Source: Candidatus Zymogenus saltonus (lineage in GTDB: Bacteria; Desulfobacterota; Zymogenia; Zymogenales; Zymogenaceae). From it: a stretch of 64,000 nucleotides of DNA. Every line of letters begins with the position of its first letter. Position 1 is the stretch's first letter. A model generated the notes under the pieces. The model made no database searches and was not told where the DNA came from. It worked only from the letters and a program-made list of their open reading frames with translations. Positions 19,688-29,474 of this stretch are shown piece after piece. Position numbers and translations under genes: made by a program. The stretch covers positions 4,986 through 68,985 of the forward strand of contig JAFGIX010000069.1 of assembly GCA_016929395.1 (NCBI GenBank), given 5' to 3'.

Positions 19688-19746
19688 AATTTGTTAATAT
19701 TTATAGACATGATATATAAAATTGCCTAATTAGTCAATTCATATTG

Positions 19747-21171
19747 CTATTTATTTCTAAACTCGCCATACTCGGCGATGTGAAGCGCCGCCCTCCCCGC
19801 CCCGAATATAGTCGGGTGGGTCGACACCCCGTTTGACGTCAAAAATCTCATTGAGTCTATCCACACGTCAAAGGAGTAGTAGAGGGGGAGCACCACCAGC
19901 ATCGTCTTCTTAGATTTCTCGTGAAACTTGACCAGGGCGTCGAGGAGGTACTCGTTGTACTCCTTCCTCGAAAAGAGGTGGGCGAACTCTATGTGGTGCT
20001 GGTAGATTATCGTGTCTGTGTTCTCGTCGTTGTCGATGGCCGTGAGGACCTGCTCGAAGACCCCCGGGAAGCCCCCGACGGCGGCGAAGTCGAGGGGGTT
20101 TTTTATCCCCGTACCGGCGCTGGGGATCAGACCTGCCAGCGTTTCCTGGGTTTTTTTCGTGTACGGCGGGACCTCAAGGCCGATCTTCGGGAGTGTGTCC
20201 GCCGCGATTATTCCCTCTCCGCCGCCCCTGTTCACTATGGCGATCCTCCTCTTGGGAGTTCCCCGCATCTTCGTGAAGGCGGAGATCGTCTCGACAATCT
20301 CGTCGAAAGTCAGGACGGAGATAGCCCCAGCCTGGCGGACGGCCGCGTTCCAGACGGCGGCGTCTCCGGCAAGGATGCCGGTGTGGGACGCCGTGGCCGT
20401 GACCCCGGCCTTTGTCACCCCCGCCTTCAAGATCAGCACCGGCTTTTTCTTCGCCGCCGAGCCAAGGAGCCTTAAAAATCTCTCCCCATCCTTGATCCCC
20501 TCGATGTACATGGCGATTATCTCGATCTTCGGGTCGTGAGCCATGTATTCCAGAAAGTCCTCGACCGTGAGATCCACCGAGTTGCCAAGGCTGACCGCCT
20601 TGTTGTGAAAAAATCCGTAGATATCCCCGCTCCAGGCCAGGGACTGGGCCGTCCCGCCGCTCTGGGAGATGAAGCCGAAGTTTCCCACCTCCTTTGAAAA
20701 TATCCCAGGGGGATAGGCCAGGCCCGTCTCCGGCGAGAAGACGCCCAGGCAGTTGGGGCCGATGATCCTGACGCCGCTCTCGACCCCGGCGGCCTTAAGG
20801 TCCTCCTGAAGCGCCCTCCCCTCTTCCGACTCCAGATCCCCGAAGCCGGCCGAGAAGACGTGGGCGACCTTTAGCCCCTTCGCCCCGAGCATCCTTACGG
20901 CCTCCGGCACTTCGACCGCGGGGACCGCGATGACGGCGTATTCTATCCCGTCCGGGAGGTCGGTGATGGAATCGAAACAGTCAAATTCGTGCCCCCCTCC
21001 GCCGTCCGTAGAGACGACGGAGATCTTGCCCTTGTAGCCGAAGTTTTTCAGGGCGGTGATAAACATCCCCGCCCCCTTGAATCTCTCCGTCTTTCCTATA
21101 ATGCAGACCGACTTCGGGTTAAAGACCGCATCCCAGAACGGCGCCTTTTTGTTGTCAATTTTTCCTGTCAT
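19747..21171 (-). CDS. CoA-binding acyl-CoA synthetase (ADP-forming) alpha-type protein
   Basis: 474 aa with a CoA-binding Rossmann domain and a succinyl-CoA-synthetase-like domain (FISQSGG). Confidence 0.8.
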   Translation of the reverse strand: MTGKIDNKKAPFWDAVFNPKSVCIIGKTERFKGAGMFITALKNFGYKGKISVVSTDGGGGHEFDCFDSITDLPDGIEYAVIAVPAVEVPEAVRMLGAKGLKVAHVFSAGFGDLESEEGRALQEDLKAAGVESGVRIIGPNCLGVFSPETGLAYPPGIFSKEVGNFGFISQSGGTAQSLAWSGDIYGFFHNKAVSLGNSVDLTVEDFLEYMAHDPKIEIIAMYIEGIKDGERFLRLLGSAAKKKPVLILKAGVTKAGVTATASHTGILAGDAAVWNAAVRQAGAISVLTFDEIVETISAFTKMRGTPKRRIAIVNRGGGEGIIAADTLPKIGLEVPPYTKKTQETLAGLIPSAGTGIKNPLDFAAVGGFPGVFEQVLTAIDNDENTDTIIYQHHIEFAHLFSRKEYNEYLLDALVKFHEKSKKTMLVVLPLYYSFDVWIDSMRFLTSNGVSTHPTIFGAGRAALHIAEYGEFRNK

Positions 21172-21548
21172 ATATCTTCCGGTTCCTTAAAAAACTCCCA
21201 ATTCGTTGTAACGGTTTCGGAATAAAGATTACTGCGCTTTAAGCTGGTTTGTCAAGAATTTGCGGATTATTTTTCCATTTTTATTTTTAAAGGGTGTCAT
21301 CTTGGTCTTTCAGGGAAATATCATCAGTCCAACCTTATGCTTATAAATAGAATAGGTTGTTTACAGATTTGATTTAATAATATGGGCGGTCTAAGCTAAA
21401 TGGGAGGAGGGGATGGATAAAACGTTTGCAGTCCCCATTGTCGGCGGACGATATTGTCAGACGTTGTTTCTTTCATTTTGTCGGGCTATCTAACTGGTAT
21501 TCATTGTTGTCGAAGGGTATCTGTTCGGTTAATGCCGCATAAAGACGC

Positions 21549-21591
21549 AAAAAAAGGCGTGGATTGGTCTGAAAACGACTCAATCCACGCC
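21549..21591 (-). terminator. intrinsic terminator of the AraC-type regulator gene
   Basis: 11-bp perfect stem GGCGTGGATTG / CAATCCACGCC with a 14-nt loop. On the + strand it is preceded by A7, which is a T-run on the - strand. Confidence 0.6.
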
Positions 21592-21785
21592 CCCTCGTTA
21601 AATTTGGACATTTTGGAAAGCCACGAACCCGGCTCCTTATTACATTATTTCCTCTTTAAGCTTTCTTCGATGAAATCGATTGACAACAGGCCCCGGGAGC
21701 TGTGCCGATGGACCGTAACTGATGCGTAAAGTCGACGCCCGGAGGTCTCATCGGCCCTAAACGGCGGCCGTATGGTTGCCCTGCT

Positions 21786-22472
21786 TTACATGTCCCCGTT
21801 TCTTCGCATCTCCGTGGAGGTGAGATCGAAGTTCTTTTTAAACTCCCTGCAGAAATACCCGAAGTGGTTGTATCCGACCGCCTCGGCTATTTTGTGGACG
21901 GGGAGCCGGGAATGCATCAGGAGCTCTCTTGCCTTATCCATCTTGATGTCCCTCAAAAAGGACTTGATTCCCTTGCCGTATCTCTTCTTGAAGTGATAGA
22001 ATAGTTTTTGTCTGCTGATATCCACGGCGTCACAGAGGTCGTTTACCTGAATCCTGTTCATGTAGTTTTCAAGGAGGTAGAACCTTACCTTCTCGATCGG
22101 ATCCATCTCCACCTTTGGATCCCCTGAAATCATGTTTACCGCATTTGTTATCTCGTCGAGCTTTATCGGCTCTTTGATGTAGTAGCATGCTCCGGAGTTC
22201 AATGCCTCGATGGCAAGATCCTCCGAACTGACCGGGGCAACGGCTATTGTAGGAATGGCCCACTTCTTGGCCTCTTTGATTACCGAGATGCAACCGTCTC
22301 CCTCTAGGGAGAGGTTTATAACGATCACATCCGTCTTAAGGGAACGTATCGTGTCTATGGCGTTTATGGAATCCTTTATCCAGAGAAGGTCGAACTTATT
22401 CCCAACGGCCGAATCGAGCGATTTGACAAATTGATCGTTATTGTCACATACTAAAAGTCTTTTTTTTGTCAT
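21786..22472 (-). CDS. response-regulator receiver domain fused to an AraC-type HTH; the receiver appears degenerate
   Basis: N-terminal CheY-like fold (LLVCDNND...VIVINLSLEGDG) with Asn where the phospho-acceptor Asp is expected. C-terminal AraC HTH. Confidence 0.75.
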   Translation of the reverse strand: MTKKRLLVCDNNDQFVKSLDSAVGNKFDLLWIKDSINAIDTIRSLKTDVIVINLSLEGDGCISVIKEAKKWAIPTIAVAPVSSEDLAIEALNSGACYYIKEPIKLDEITNAVNMISGDPKVEMDPIEKVRFYLLENYMNRIQVNDLCDAVDISRQKLFYHFKKRYGKGIKSFLRDIKMDKARELLMHSRLPVHKIAEAVGYNHFGYFCREFKKNFDLTSTEMRRNGDM

Positions 22473-22963
22473 GATGTTTCCTCTTCATTACGGTTTTTAG
22501 AATTTATTTGTGTTCTTAAATGGTTTCAAAAATTTTAATAAAGATCAAACTAATTAAATATCTTAAATTTTCTCAATTGGACTACTAAGGTTTTGAAAAC
22601 AACCGTTATATAAATTGAAGAATTTTCCCCACCTATGACATATAAAATAAGCAATATATATGCCAAATTACTAAATTTCAGCCATATAAATAGTACAGTA
22701 ATTACAACAATTTACGGCCTTATTGCAGTAATGGAGGGGAAGGGAGAAACAAGTGAAATAATCATTTTTCTACACCTTCTTTGTTGTGTGGTGAAAAACT
22801 TAATGTTATTAGATAGTTACAGGGAGTTGCACAATTGTAGGATATTCTCTAAAATCTGTTCAAATTGATGAAATTTTATATGCACGAAATAAATCATGAT
22901 GAAAATATCCAACGCCTGTTTAAAGGAAAGGATTACTTTCGGATGGAATGGTCCCGTTGTTTC

Positions 22964-22992
22964 TTGACATATATTTACCTTCCCATTATAAT
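22964..22992 (+). promoter_or_regulatory. consensus sigma70 promoter upstream of rph (TTGACA - 17 bp - TATAAT)
   Basis: TTGACA at 22964-22969 and TATAAT at 22987-22992. Confidence 0.65.
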
Positions 22993-23087
22993 GATTTCCC
23001 GAAATGGAGTCATAAGGAAAAGATGGGGGATTAATTATGGATTATAGACATATCAAGGTCGACAAGAAGCCCAAGGATTCCCATTGG

Positions 23088-23819
23088 ATGAGGGCGGACG
23101 GCCGCCAGCCGAATGTAATCCGGCCGATAAGTATAGTGAGAAACTACATATCTTATGCCGAGGGAAGCGCCTTGATAGAGATGGGCAATACGAGGATTGT
23201 GACCACCGCATCGGTGGAGGAAAAGGTCCCCCAATTTTTGAAGGGCAAGGGGGGGGGATGGGTGACCGCCGAGTACGGGATGTTGCCTCGCTCCACCGAT
23301 ATCAGGATGACCAGAGAGACGACCCAAGGTAGGGCCGGCGGAAGAACGCTGGAGATACAGCGGCTTATAGGGAGGGCGCTCAGAGCCGTGGTCGATCTCA
23401 GGGCGCTGGGGGAGAGAACCATCTGGATTGACTGCGACGTGATCACGGCGGACGGGGGCACCCGCACCGCATCGATCACGGGTGGATTCGTCGCGTTGGC
23501 TGAGGCCATCATCAAGCTGAAAAGAGAGGGGGCGATAAAGCGGTTCCCGATAAAGGACTACGTCGCCGCGGTCAGCACGGGGGTCATCGACGGAAAGAGC
23601 ATGATAGACCTCGACTACAAGGAGGACTCGAGGGCCGATGTGGATATGAACTTCGTAATGACGGGAAACGGGCTCTTCGTGGAAATCCAGGGCACCGCTG
23701 AGGAGCACCCGTTCAGCAAAGACCTCTTTGACGAGATGGCGGGTCTTGCGGAGGAGGGAATTAAAACCTTGATCGAGAAACAGAGGGAGGTGCTGGGGGG
23801 ACTCCTTGAAAAAATGTGA
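23088..23819 (+). CDS. rph: ribonuclease PH
   Basis: [14 protein letters not shown]... is a typical RNase PH N-terminus, with conserved synteny with rdgB. Start placed at the internal Met 51 nt into the tracked ORF. Confidence 0.9.
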   Translation: MRADGRQPNVIRPISIVRNYISYAEGSALIEMGNTRIVTTASVEEKVPQFLKGKGGGWVTAEYGMLPRSTDIRMTRETTQGRAGGRTLEIQRLIGRALRAVVDLRALGERTIWIDCDVITADGGTRTASITGGFVALAEAIIKLKREGAIKRFPIKDYVAAVSTGVIDGKSMIDLDYKEDSRADVDMNFVMTGNGLFVEIQGTAEEHPFSKDLFDEMAGLAEEGIKTLIEKQREVLGGLLEKM

Positions 23820-24426
23820 AGTCTTAATCGCAACGAAAAACGAAGGGAAGGTAAGGGAGTTTATTCAGATATTTGATGAAATCGGCATTGGGGGCGGGAT
23901 TGTGGTCAAGTCCCTTTTGGACTTTGGGGACACGCCGAAGATAGAGGAGACGGGAAGGACGTTTTCGGAAAACGCCCTGATAAAGGCGAGGGCGGTGGCA
24001 AGGATGGAGAGGATCAGGGGGAGCGTTGTAATAGCGGACGACTCGGGGGTCGAGGTCGAGGCGTTGGGGGGGAGGCCGGGGGTAAACTCCGCCAGGTACG
24101 CTGGCCCGAACGCCACCGACGAGGAGAACAACGAAAAGCTCTTAAGGGAGCTTTCGGGGGTCGCCGAAGGGGAGAGAGGGGCGTCCTTTACGATTGCGAT
24201 CGCAATAGTCGGGAGGGGTGGAAAGGAGGGCGTGGTTATGGGGCGCTGCCCCGGAGTTATAATAACAGTTCCAAGGGGAAAGGGTGGCTTCGGGTACGAC
24301 CCGATCTTCTTCTATCCTCCTCTGAACAAGACGTTTTCCGAGATGGACGATTCGGAGAAAAACGGGATAAGTCACAGGAGGATCGGCATAGAAAGGCTCG
24401 CCGAGATCCTGCCAGATTATCTATAA
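23806..24426 (+). CDS. rdgB: non-canonical purine NTP pyrophosphatase (RdgB/HAM1)
   Basis: Family motifs ([25 protein letters not shown]). Confidence 0.9.
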   Translation: MKKCEVLIATKNEGKVREFIQIFDEIGIGGGIVVKSLLDFGDTPKIEETGRTFSENALIKARAVARMERIRGSVVIADDSGVEVEALGGRPGVNSARYAGPNATDEENNEKLLRELSGVAEGERGASFTIAIAIVGRGGKEGVVMGRCPGVIITVPRGKGGFGYDPIFFYPPLNKTFSEMDDSEKNGISHRRIGIERLAEILPDYL

Positions 24427-24607
24427 ATCGCGGCACACCGCCGAGCTGAAGGGGGGTGAGGGGACGGTCTTTTAATCATCTCACCTAAAATACGATTGTC
24501 TCTTTATATCATTTCCGATAATTGTTTGAATTCCCGCCTCTTGCATTTTTAAGACGATTTTGATATGGATTACCGGCTCAAAAAAAACCGAAACGTTTTT
24601 GTAAAGT

Positions 24608-24642
24608 AAAAAAAAGAAAATTAGCTTATTGCAAAAATAAGC
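24608..24642 (-). terminator. candidate intrinsic terminator downstream of the RNase J-like gene
   Basis: GCTTATT gcaaaa AATAAGC hairpin followed on the - strand by a T-rich run. Confidence 0.4.
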
Positions 24643-24761
24643 GTGAGCTCCCGCCGCTTACGCCTCTTTATACCACCGAAACAAGGCTGACAGTTTCAAC
24701 AAGAAAAAATTCTGCCGATCTATTGATCCCCCGAATATCGTATCGAGTCCCCACCAAAAGA

Positions 24762-26363
24762 TCAGGACCGCTCCTCTTCGAGCTCCATCAGGAGATCCTT
24801 TATCTTTTTGATCTTTTGATACACCGCCTCTTCCCGGGCCGGGACTTCTTCGGCCTCGATCTCGCCGATCCTCTTTTTGATGTAGTGGAGGTCCTTGAAC
24901 ATACGTGACCCCTTGAGCTCCACCATCTCCCCCGCTTCCGTAATCGAGACGCTCTGAAACTCCTTGTTCGTTTTGAGCTCCACCGTTTCTCCCCAGTGGG
25001 GTACGTAGGAGGTGAGGGAAAGCTCCGACTCCAGGGCCCGGGCGAAGGAGAGAGACGCCCTTTCCTCCCCGTGGACAACGAAGACCGTCGGGGAGTCTCC
25101 GCGGAAGTGGGACGCCCAATCCAAAAGGCCGTTTCTGTCTGCGTGGGCGGAAAATCCGCCGATGGAAAAGATCTTCGCGTTTACCTTTACCTCCTCGCCC
25201 ATGATCCTGACCTCGTCCGCGCCTGTTACTATCATCCTTCCCAGGGTTCCCTCCGCCTGAAATCCCACAAATATCACAGAAGCCTCCGGGCGCCAGAGGT
25301 TGTGCCTCAGGTGGTGTTTTATCCTCCCCGCGTCGCACATCCCGCTGGCGGAGATGATTATCGCGCCCCCCGCCATCTGGTTTATCTCTATCGATTCCCT
25401 GGTTGACTGGGTGAACGTGAGGGTCGGGATATTCAGGGGGGTCTCCCCGGAGCTCAGGAGGGCGTGGGTTTCCTCGTCGAAGCACTGGGGATTTTCCTTG
25501 ATGATCTCGGTGGCGGAGGTGGCCATGGGGCTGTCAACGAAGATCGGAACATCATTCAGGTATCCGTCCCGGTAAAGCTCTGAGAGGTAAAATATTAGCT
25601 CCTGAGTCCGCCCCACGGCGAAGGAGGGGATTATTACCTTTCCGCCCCCATTTACGGTCGTGAGGATAGCCTCCTTGAGCTCCTCCTTGCTCTCTTCGAG
25701 GCTTTTATGGAGCCTGTTTCCGTATGTGGACTCGATAAAGAGGAAGTCCGCCCCGGTTATAATGCTCGGGTCCCTGATGATCGGCTGGTCCGGCACCCCC
25801 ACGTCGCCCGAGAAGACCAGCCTCGTCTCTCTCCCCTCGTCCTTAACGAACAGCTCCACCATTGCCGATCCGATGATATGGCCGGCGTCCCTGAAAACCG
25901 CCCTGATGCCCGTCGCCGCCTCGAACTCCTGATCGTAAAAGACCCTCTGGAAGTGCTTCAGGGATTTCACGGCGTCGTCCGTCGTGTAGAGGGGGGGCAC
26001 CTCGCTGAGGCCCCTCCTGAGGTTCTTGTTGCTTTTCCAGCTCGACTCCATCTCCTGGATGTGGGCGCTGTCTAAAAGCATGAGCTCGCAGAGGTCTGCG
26101 GTCGCCTTTGTGGAGAATATCTTTCCCCGAAAGCCGGACTTGACAAGCTTCGGGATAAGCCCGCTGTGGTCGATGTGGGCGTGGGTCAGGATCACCGCGT
26201 CTATCTCGGAGGGATCGTAGATGTACTCCAGTTGATTTCTCCTGGTGAGCTCCCTTCGCCCCTGGAACATGCCCGAGTCCACAAGGATGTTTGCAAGGTC
26301 GGTGCTTATCAGAAAGGACGACCCGGTAACGGTCCTGGCTCCGCCGATAAATGTAACTCTCAT
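24762..26363 (-). CDS. beta-CASP family MBL ribonuclease (RNase J / CPSF-like)
   Basis: HAHIDHSG motif with beta-CASP and RNA-specificity regions, 533 aa. Confidence 0.85.
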   Translation of the reverse strand: MRVTFIGGARTVTGSSFLISTDLANILVDSGMFQGRRELTRRNQLEYIYDPSEIDAVILTHAHIDHSGLIPKLVKSGFRGKIFSTKATADLCELMLLDSAHIQEMESSWKSNKNLRRGLSEVPPLYTTDDAVKSLKHFQRVFYDQEFEAATGIRAVFRDAGHIIGSAMVELFVKDEGRETRLVFSGDVGVPDQPIIRDPSIITGADFLFIESTYGNRLHKSLEESKEELKEAILTTVNGGGKVIIPSFAVGRTQELIFYLSELYRDGYLNDVPIFVDSPMATSATEIIKENPQCFDEETHALLSSGETPLNIPTLTFTQSTRESIEINQMAGGAIIISASGMCDAGRIKHHLRHNLWRPEASVIFVGFQAEGTLGRMIVTGADEVRIMGEEVKVNAKIFSIGGFSAHADRNGLLDWASHFRGDSPTVFVVHGEERASLSFARALESELSLTSYVPHWGETVELKTNKEFQSVSITEAGEMVELKGSRMFKDLHYIKKRIGEIEAEEVPAREEAVYQKIKKIKDLLMELEEERS

Positions 26364-26594
26364 TTTATATCCCGATTTGATATTATATAAGACTGTATCA
26401 TATCAGATAGAGGCAGAGCTTTCAAGGAGTTAGACGTATAAAAAACTTTTTCCCCATACCATCTCTCTTTCCCCTCTGAATCCGTCCATTCCTTTTGACT
26501 TGACCTTGAGATTGATATATGATAGTAAAGTCCCTTGTTTTATGCGTACTCGATCCCGGCGTAATATTTTACTGTAGTCTTTAGGGGAGATGAG

Positions 26595-27848
26595 ATGCCT
26601 CTTTTAGATTACCCCATGTTGAGAAATGTGGAGGTTATTCCTGTAGACCTAAAGGGCAAACCGGGCGTTGCCCTAAGGGACCCCCTTTGCTATGCCGAGG
26701 AGATGATAGCCCTCCCCAGCGATGCGCTGGCGGTTCTCCAGTTTTTCGACGGGAAGAGGAGCATCGACGACATCTTGAAGGAGATTCACGTTCAATACGG
26801 CGGAGAGGGCGTAATCAATATAGAGGATATAGAGACCCTGGCGGTAAGCCTCGATGATCACCTCTTTCTGGTAAGCGAGAGATTCTTGAGGGAGAAGCGC
26901 AGGATCGATCAGGAGTTCTACCGCTCCGATATACGCCATTCGGTTCATGCGGGTCTGAGCTATAACAGCGATCCCGAAGGGCTGGTTGGGGAGCTGAGCT
27001 CCTACTTCTCGAAGGCGGCGCCGGTCTCTCAGGAAATCGCTGGAACGGGGGACGGCCTCAGGGCCGTGATAGCGCCTCATATCAGTATAGCGTCCGGGGG
27101 AGAGTGTTTCGCCCACTCCTACAGCGTGGTAAAGGCGTCGCGCAAGGCCGACCTCTACGTCATCCTCGGGATCGGCCACGCCGGCCTCGAAAACCTCTTT
27201 GCGGGGACGAAGAAGGACTTCGAGACCCCCCTTGGAACGGTAAAGACAGATACCGAGTTTATGGATAGACTGAGCGTGGGATTCGGCGGTGAAAACGGCG
27301 GCAGGCTCTTTTCGGGGGAGGCGCTCCACAGGACGGAGCATACCATCGAGTTTCAGGCGGTCCTTCTGAAGTATATCTTCGGAGAGGAGCCCTTTGTCAT
27401 CGCCCCTATCCTCACCTCCTTTCCCTACCAGCTTGTCGTCGAGGACAGGTTCAAAGACGATAAAGAGCTGATAGAGCAATTCATCTCGGCGCTGAGGAGC
27501 GAGATCGGGTCGTATTCGGGAAGGGTCGTTATTATCTCCTCGGTCGATTTCGCCCACGTCGGCGTCAAGTACGGGGCCGAAAAGCCGTTAACGGCCGAAG
27601 AGCTCGAAGACGTAAAGAGGCGCGATGACGAGATGATCGAGATCATCTGTGAAGGCGATGCGGAGAGATTCGCCTCACACGTAGGCGAGGATGACGACAA
27701 GCGGAACATATGCGGGTTTTCGTCGATATATATAATGTTGAGGGTCATCGAGGGATTGAAGGGAAGGCTTTTGAGATACGACAAGACGATCATGGACAAC
27801 CAGAACTCCACCGTTACGTTTGCGGGGATGGCGTTTACGGATAATTGA
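26595..27848 (+). CDS. MEMO1-family protein (AmmeMemoRadiSam system protein B-like) with a ~100-aa N-terminal extension
   Basis: Memo-family core with His/Asp/Cys motifs (GIGHAG, DFAHVG). Confidence 0.75.
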   Translation: MPLLDYPMLRNVEVIPVDLKGKPGVALRDPLCYAEEMIALPSDALAVLQFFDGKRSIDDILKEIHVQYGGEGVINIEDIETLAVSLDDHLFLVSERFLREKRRIDQEFYRSDIRHSVHAGLSYNSDPEGLVGELSSYFSKAAPVSQEIAGTGDGLRAVIAPHISIASGGECFAHSYSVVKASRKADLYVILGIGHAGLENLFAGTKKDFETPLGTVKTDTEFMDRLSVGFGGENGGRLFSGEALHRTEHTIEFQAVLLKYIFGEEPFVIAPILTSFPYQLVVEDRFKDDKELIEQFISALRSEIGSYSGRVVIISSVDFAHVGVKYGAEKPLTAEELEDVKRRDDEMIEIICEGDAERFASHVGEDDDKRNICGFSSIYIMLRVIEGLKGRLLRYDKTIMDNQNSTVTFAGMAFTDN

Positions 27849-28164
27849 GCCGGGGTCGTCGCCGGGTTTAAGGGGTGTTTACATTATGCTTGGGTGTTTT
27901 TTTCGCCGTGGGGGGGTGGAAGGTATTGTTCATATGTCGTAATATCACAAATGAGATATACGATAGAGGTTTTACCCGCTAGATATTAAATGGGGCATTC
28001 AGGGGTCGGAAGGGCGGATTTTATAAGATAGCACCGGAGGTTTTAGTTTCACCTTTTCAAGCTGGGGAAGCGCGTTTTGCGGGCGCTTGAGGATGATTGC
28101 CCCCGGCGCCGCTTGGACAGTGGGGATCATCCAACAAAACGAGATTTAAGGAAGAAAAGAAGAT

Positions 28165-29337
28165 ATGGCAAAGAAAACGGCTCTGATACTCCCGGAGGGT
28201 TTCGACGATTTCAACTTCGGCCCGGGTCACCCCATGCAGTGGGAGCGTGTCCTCTATGCCATGGAGTTGATAGAGGCCTACGGACTCGATTCCATAAAGA
28301 ACGCCTCCTACATGGCTCCAGTCAGGGCGGCGGAAGAGGAGGCCTACCCCTTTCACGACAAGGATTATATCTCGATCCTCAAGTCGGCCAACGACGGCAA
28401 CTACGAGAAAGAGTATTCCAAGTACGGTATAGGCCCGGGCGACAATCCGGTGTTCCCGGGACTATTCGATTTCGCCCTGACGGTCCTTGGCTGCACCATG
28501 ACCGCGGCAAGGTTGATAGGGGACAAGGAGGCCTCCTTCGTCTTCAACATAGCGGGGGGGATGCACCACGCGATGAGGAACAGGGCGTCCGGCTTCTGTT
28601 ACATAAACGACATCGCCGTCGCCATCAACTACCTTTTGGAGAGAAAGATGAGGGTCATGTACGTCGACATCGACTCCCACCACGGCGACGGCGTTCAGGC
28701 CGCCTTTTACGACACGGACAAGGTACTCACACTCTCCTTTCACGAAAACGGGCAGACCCTGTTTCCCGGCACGGGGTTTCCGAACGAGATGGGCCGCGAG
28801 AAGGGAAGAGGATACGCAGTGAACGTCCCCTTGAAACACGGGAGCGACGACGCCACCTTCATCAAGGCCTTCGATCAGATATTCCTGCCCCTCTATGATA
28901 AGTTCAATCCCGATATTCTCGTAAGCCAGGTAGGCTGCGACATGATGTTGACCGATCCCCTGACCAACCTCGCCCTGACCAGCAACGGCTACGTCCACGC
29001 CGTAAAGGAGATGAAAAAGAGGGCCAAGAAATGGCTCGCCCTGGGGGGAGGGGGATACAATCCCTTCAACACGTCGAGGCTCTGGACGCTGGTCTGGGCT
29101 ATAATGAACGATCTGGAGCTCTCGGACACGCTCCCGGAATCCTTTGCGAAGAGGGCCCTGGATGTGGGATATACGCTTTCTGGACTTCACGACGCCCCCT
29201 ACAGCCTCGACGAGTGGAGCAGGCATGAGGTTATTAGCGAGGTTCAGAGGAATATAAGAGAGATCGAGAGGGATATCTTCCCGATTTTCAAGATAAAGGT
29301 GAAAAAGAGGTTCTTGGACGATTACTTCTTTATTTGA
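28165..29337 (+). CDS. histone deacetylase-family amidohydrolase (AcuC / acetylpolyamine aminohydrolase-like)
   Basis: DIDSHHGDG motif with HDAC family signatures. Confidence 0.85.
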   Translation: MAKKTALILPEGFDDFNFGPGHPMQWERVLYAMELIEAYGLDSIKNASYMAPVRAAEEEAYPFHDKDYISILKSANDGNYEKEYSKYGIGPGDNPVFPGLFDFALTVLGCTMTAARLIGDKEASFVFNIAGGMHHAMRNRASGFCYINDIAVAINYLLERKMRVMYVDIDSHHGDGVQAAFYDTDKVLTLSFHENGQTLFPGTGFPNEMGREKGRGYAVNVPLKHGSDDATFIKAFDQIFLPLYDKFNPDILVSQVGCDMMLTDPLTNLALTSNGYVHAVKEMKKRAKKWLALGGGGYNPFNTSRLWTLVWAIMNDLELSDTLPESFAKRALDVGYTLSGLHDAPYSLDEWSRHEVISEVQRNIREIERDIFPIFKIKVKKRFLDDYFFI

Positions 29338-29474
29338 GGACGCTCCTTCTGTCAAAGCCGTTTCTATTCGGATAAATGAGAGGGGCATTTTGGTTTGATC
29401 GATGTCTCGATGTAGAGTTTCATTGCTGACGAAACCGGGACCTTTGCTCCTTATAAAAACGGTGATCTTGCCCA

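Noticed and set aside
22635-23047. Small ORFs (77 and 60 aa) inside the AT-rich tract upstream of rph
   Set aside because: AT-rich, stop-poor by chance, no RBS. The region is better explained as promoter/regulatory DNA.
24658-25485. 275-aa minus-strand ORF overlapping the RNase J-like gene
   Set aside because: Alternative frame of a gene with clear beta-CASP/MBL motifs. The product is Arg/Gly/Pro-rich low-complexity.
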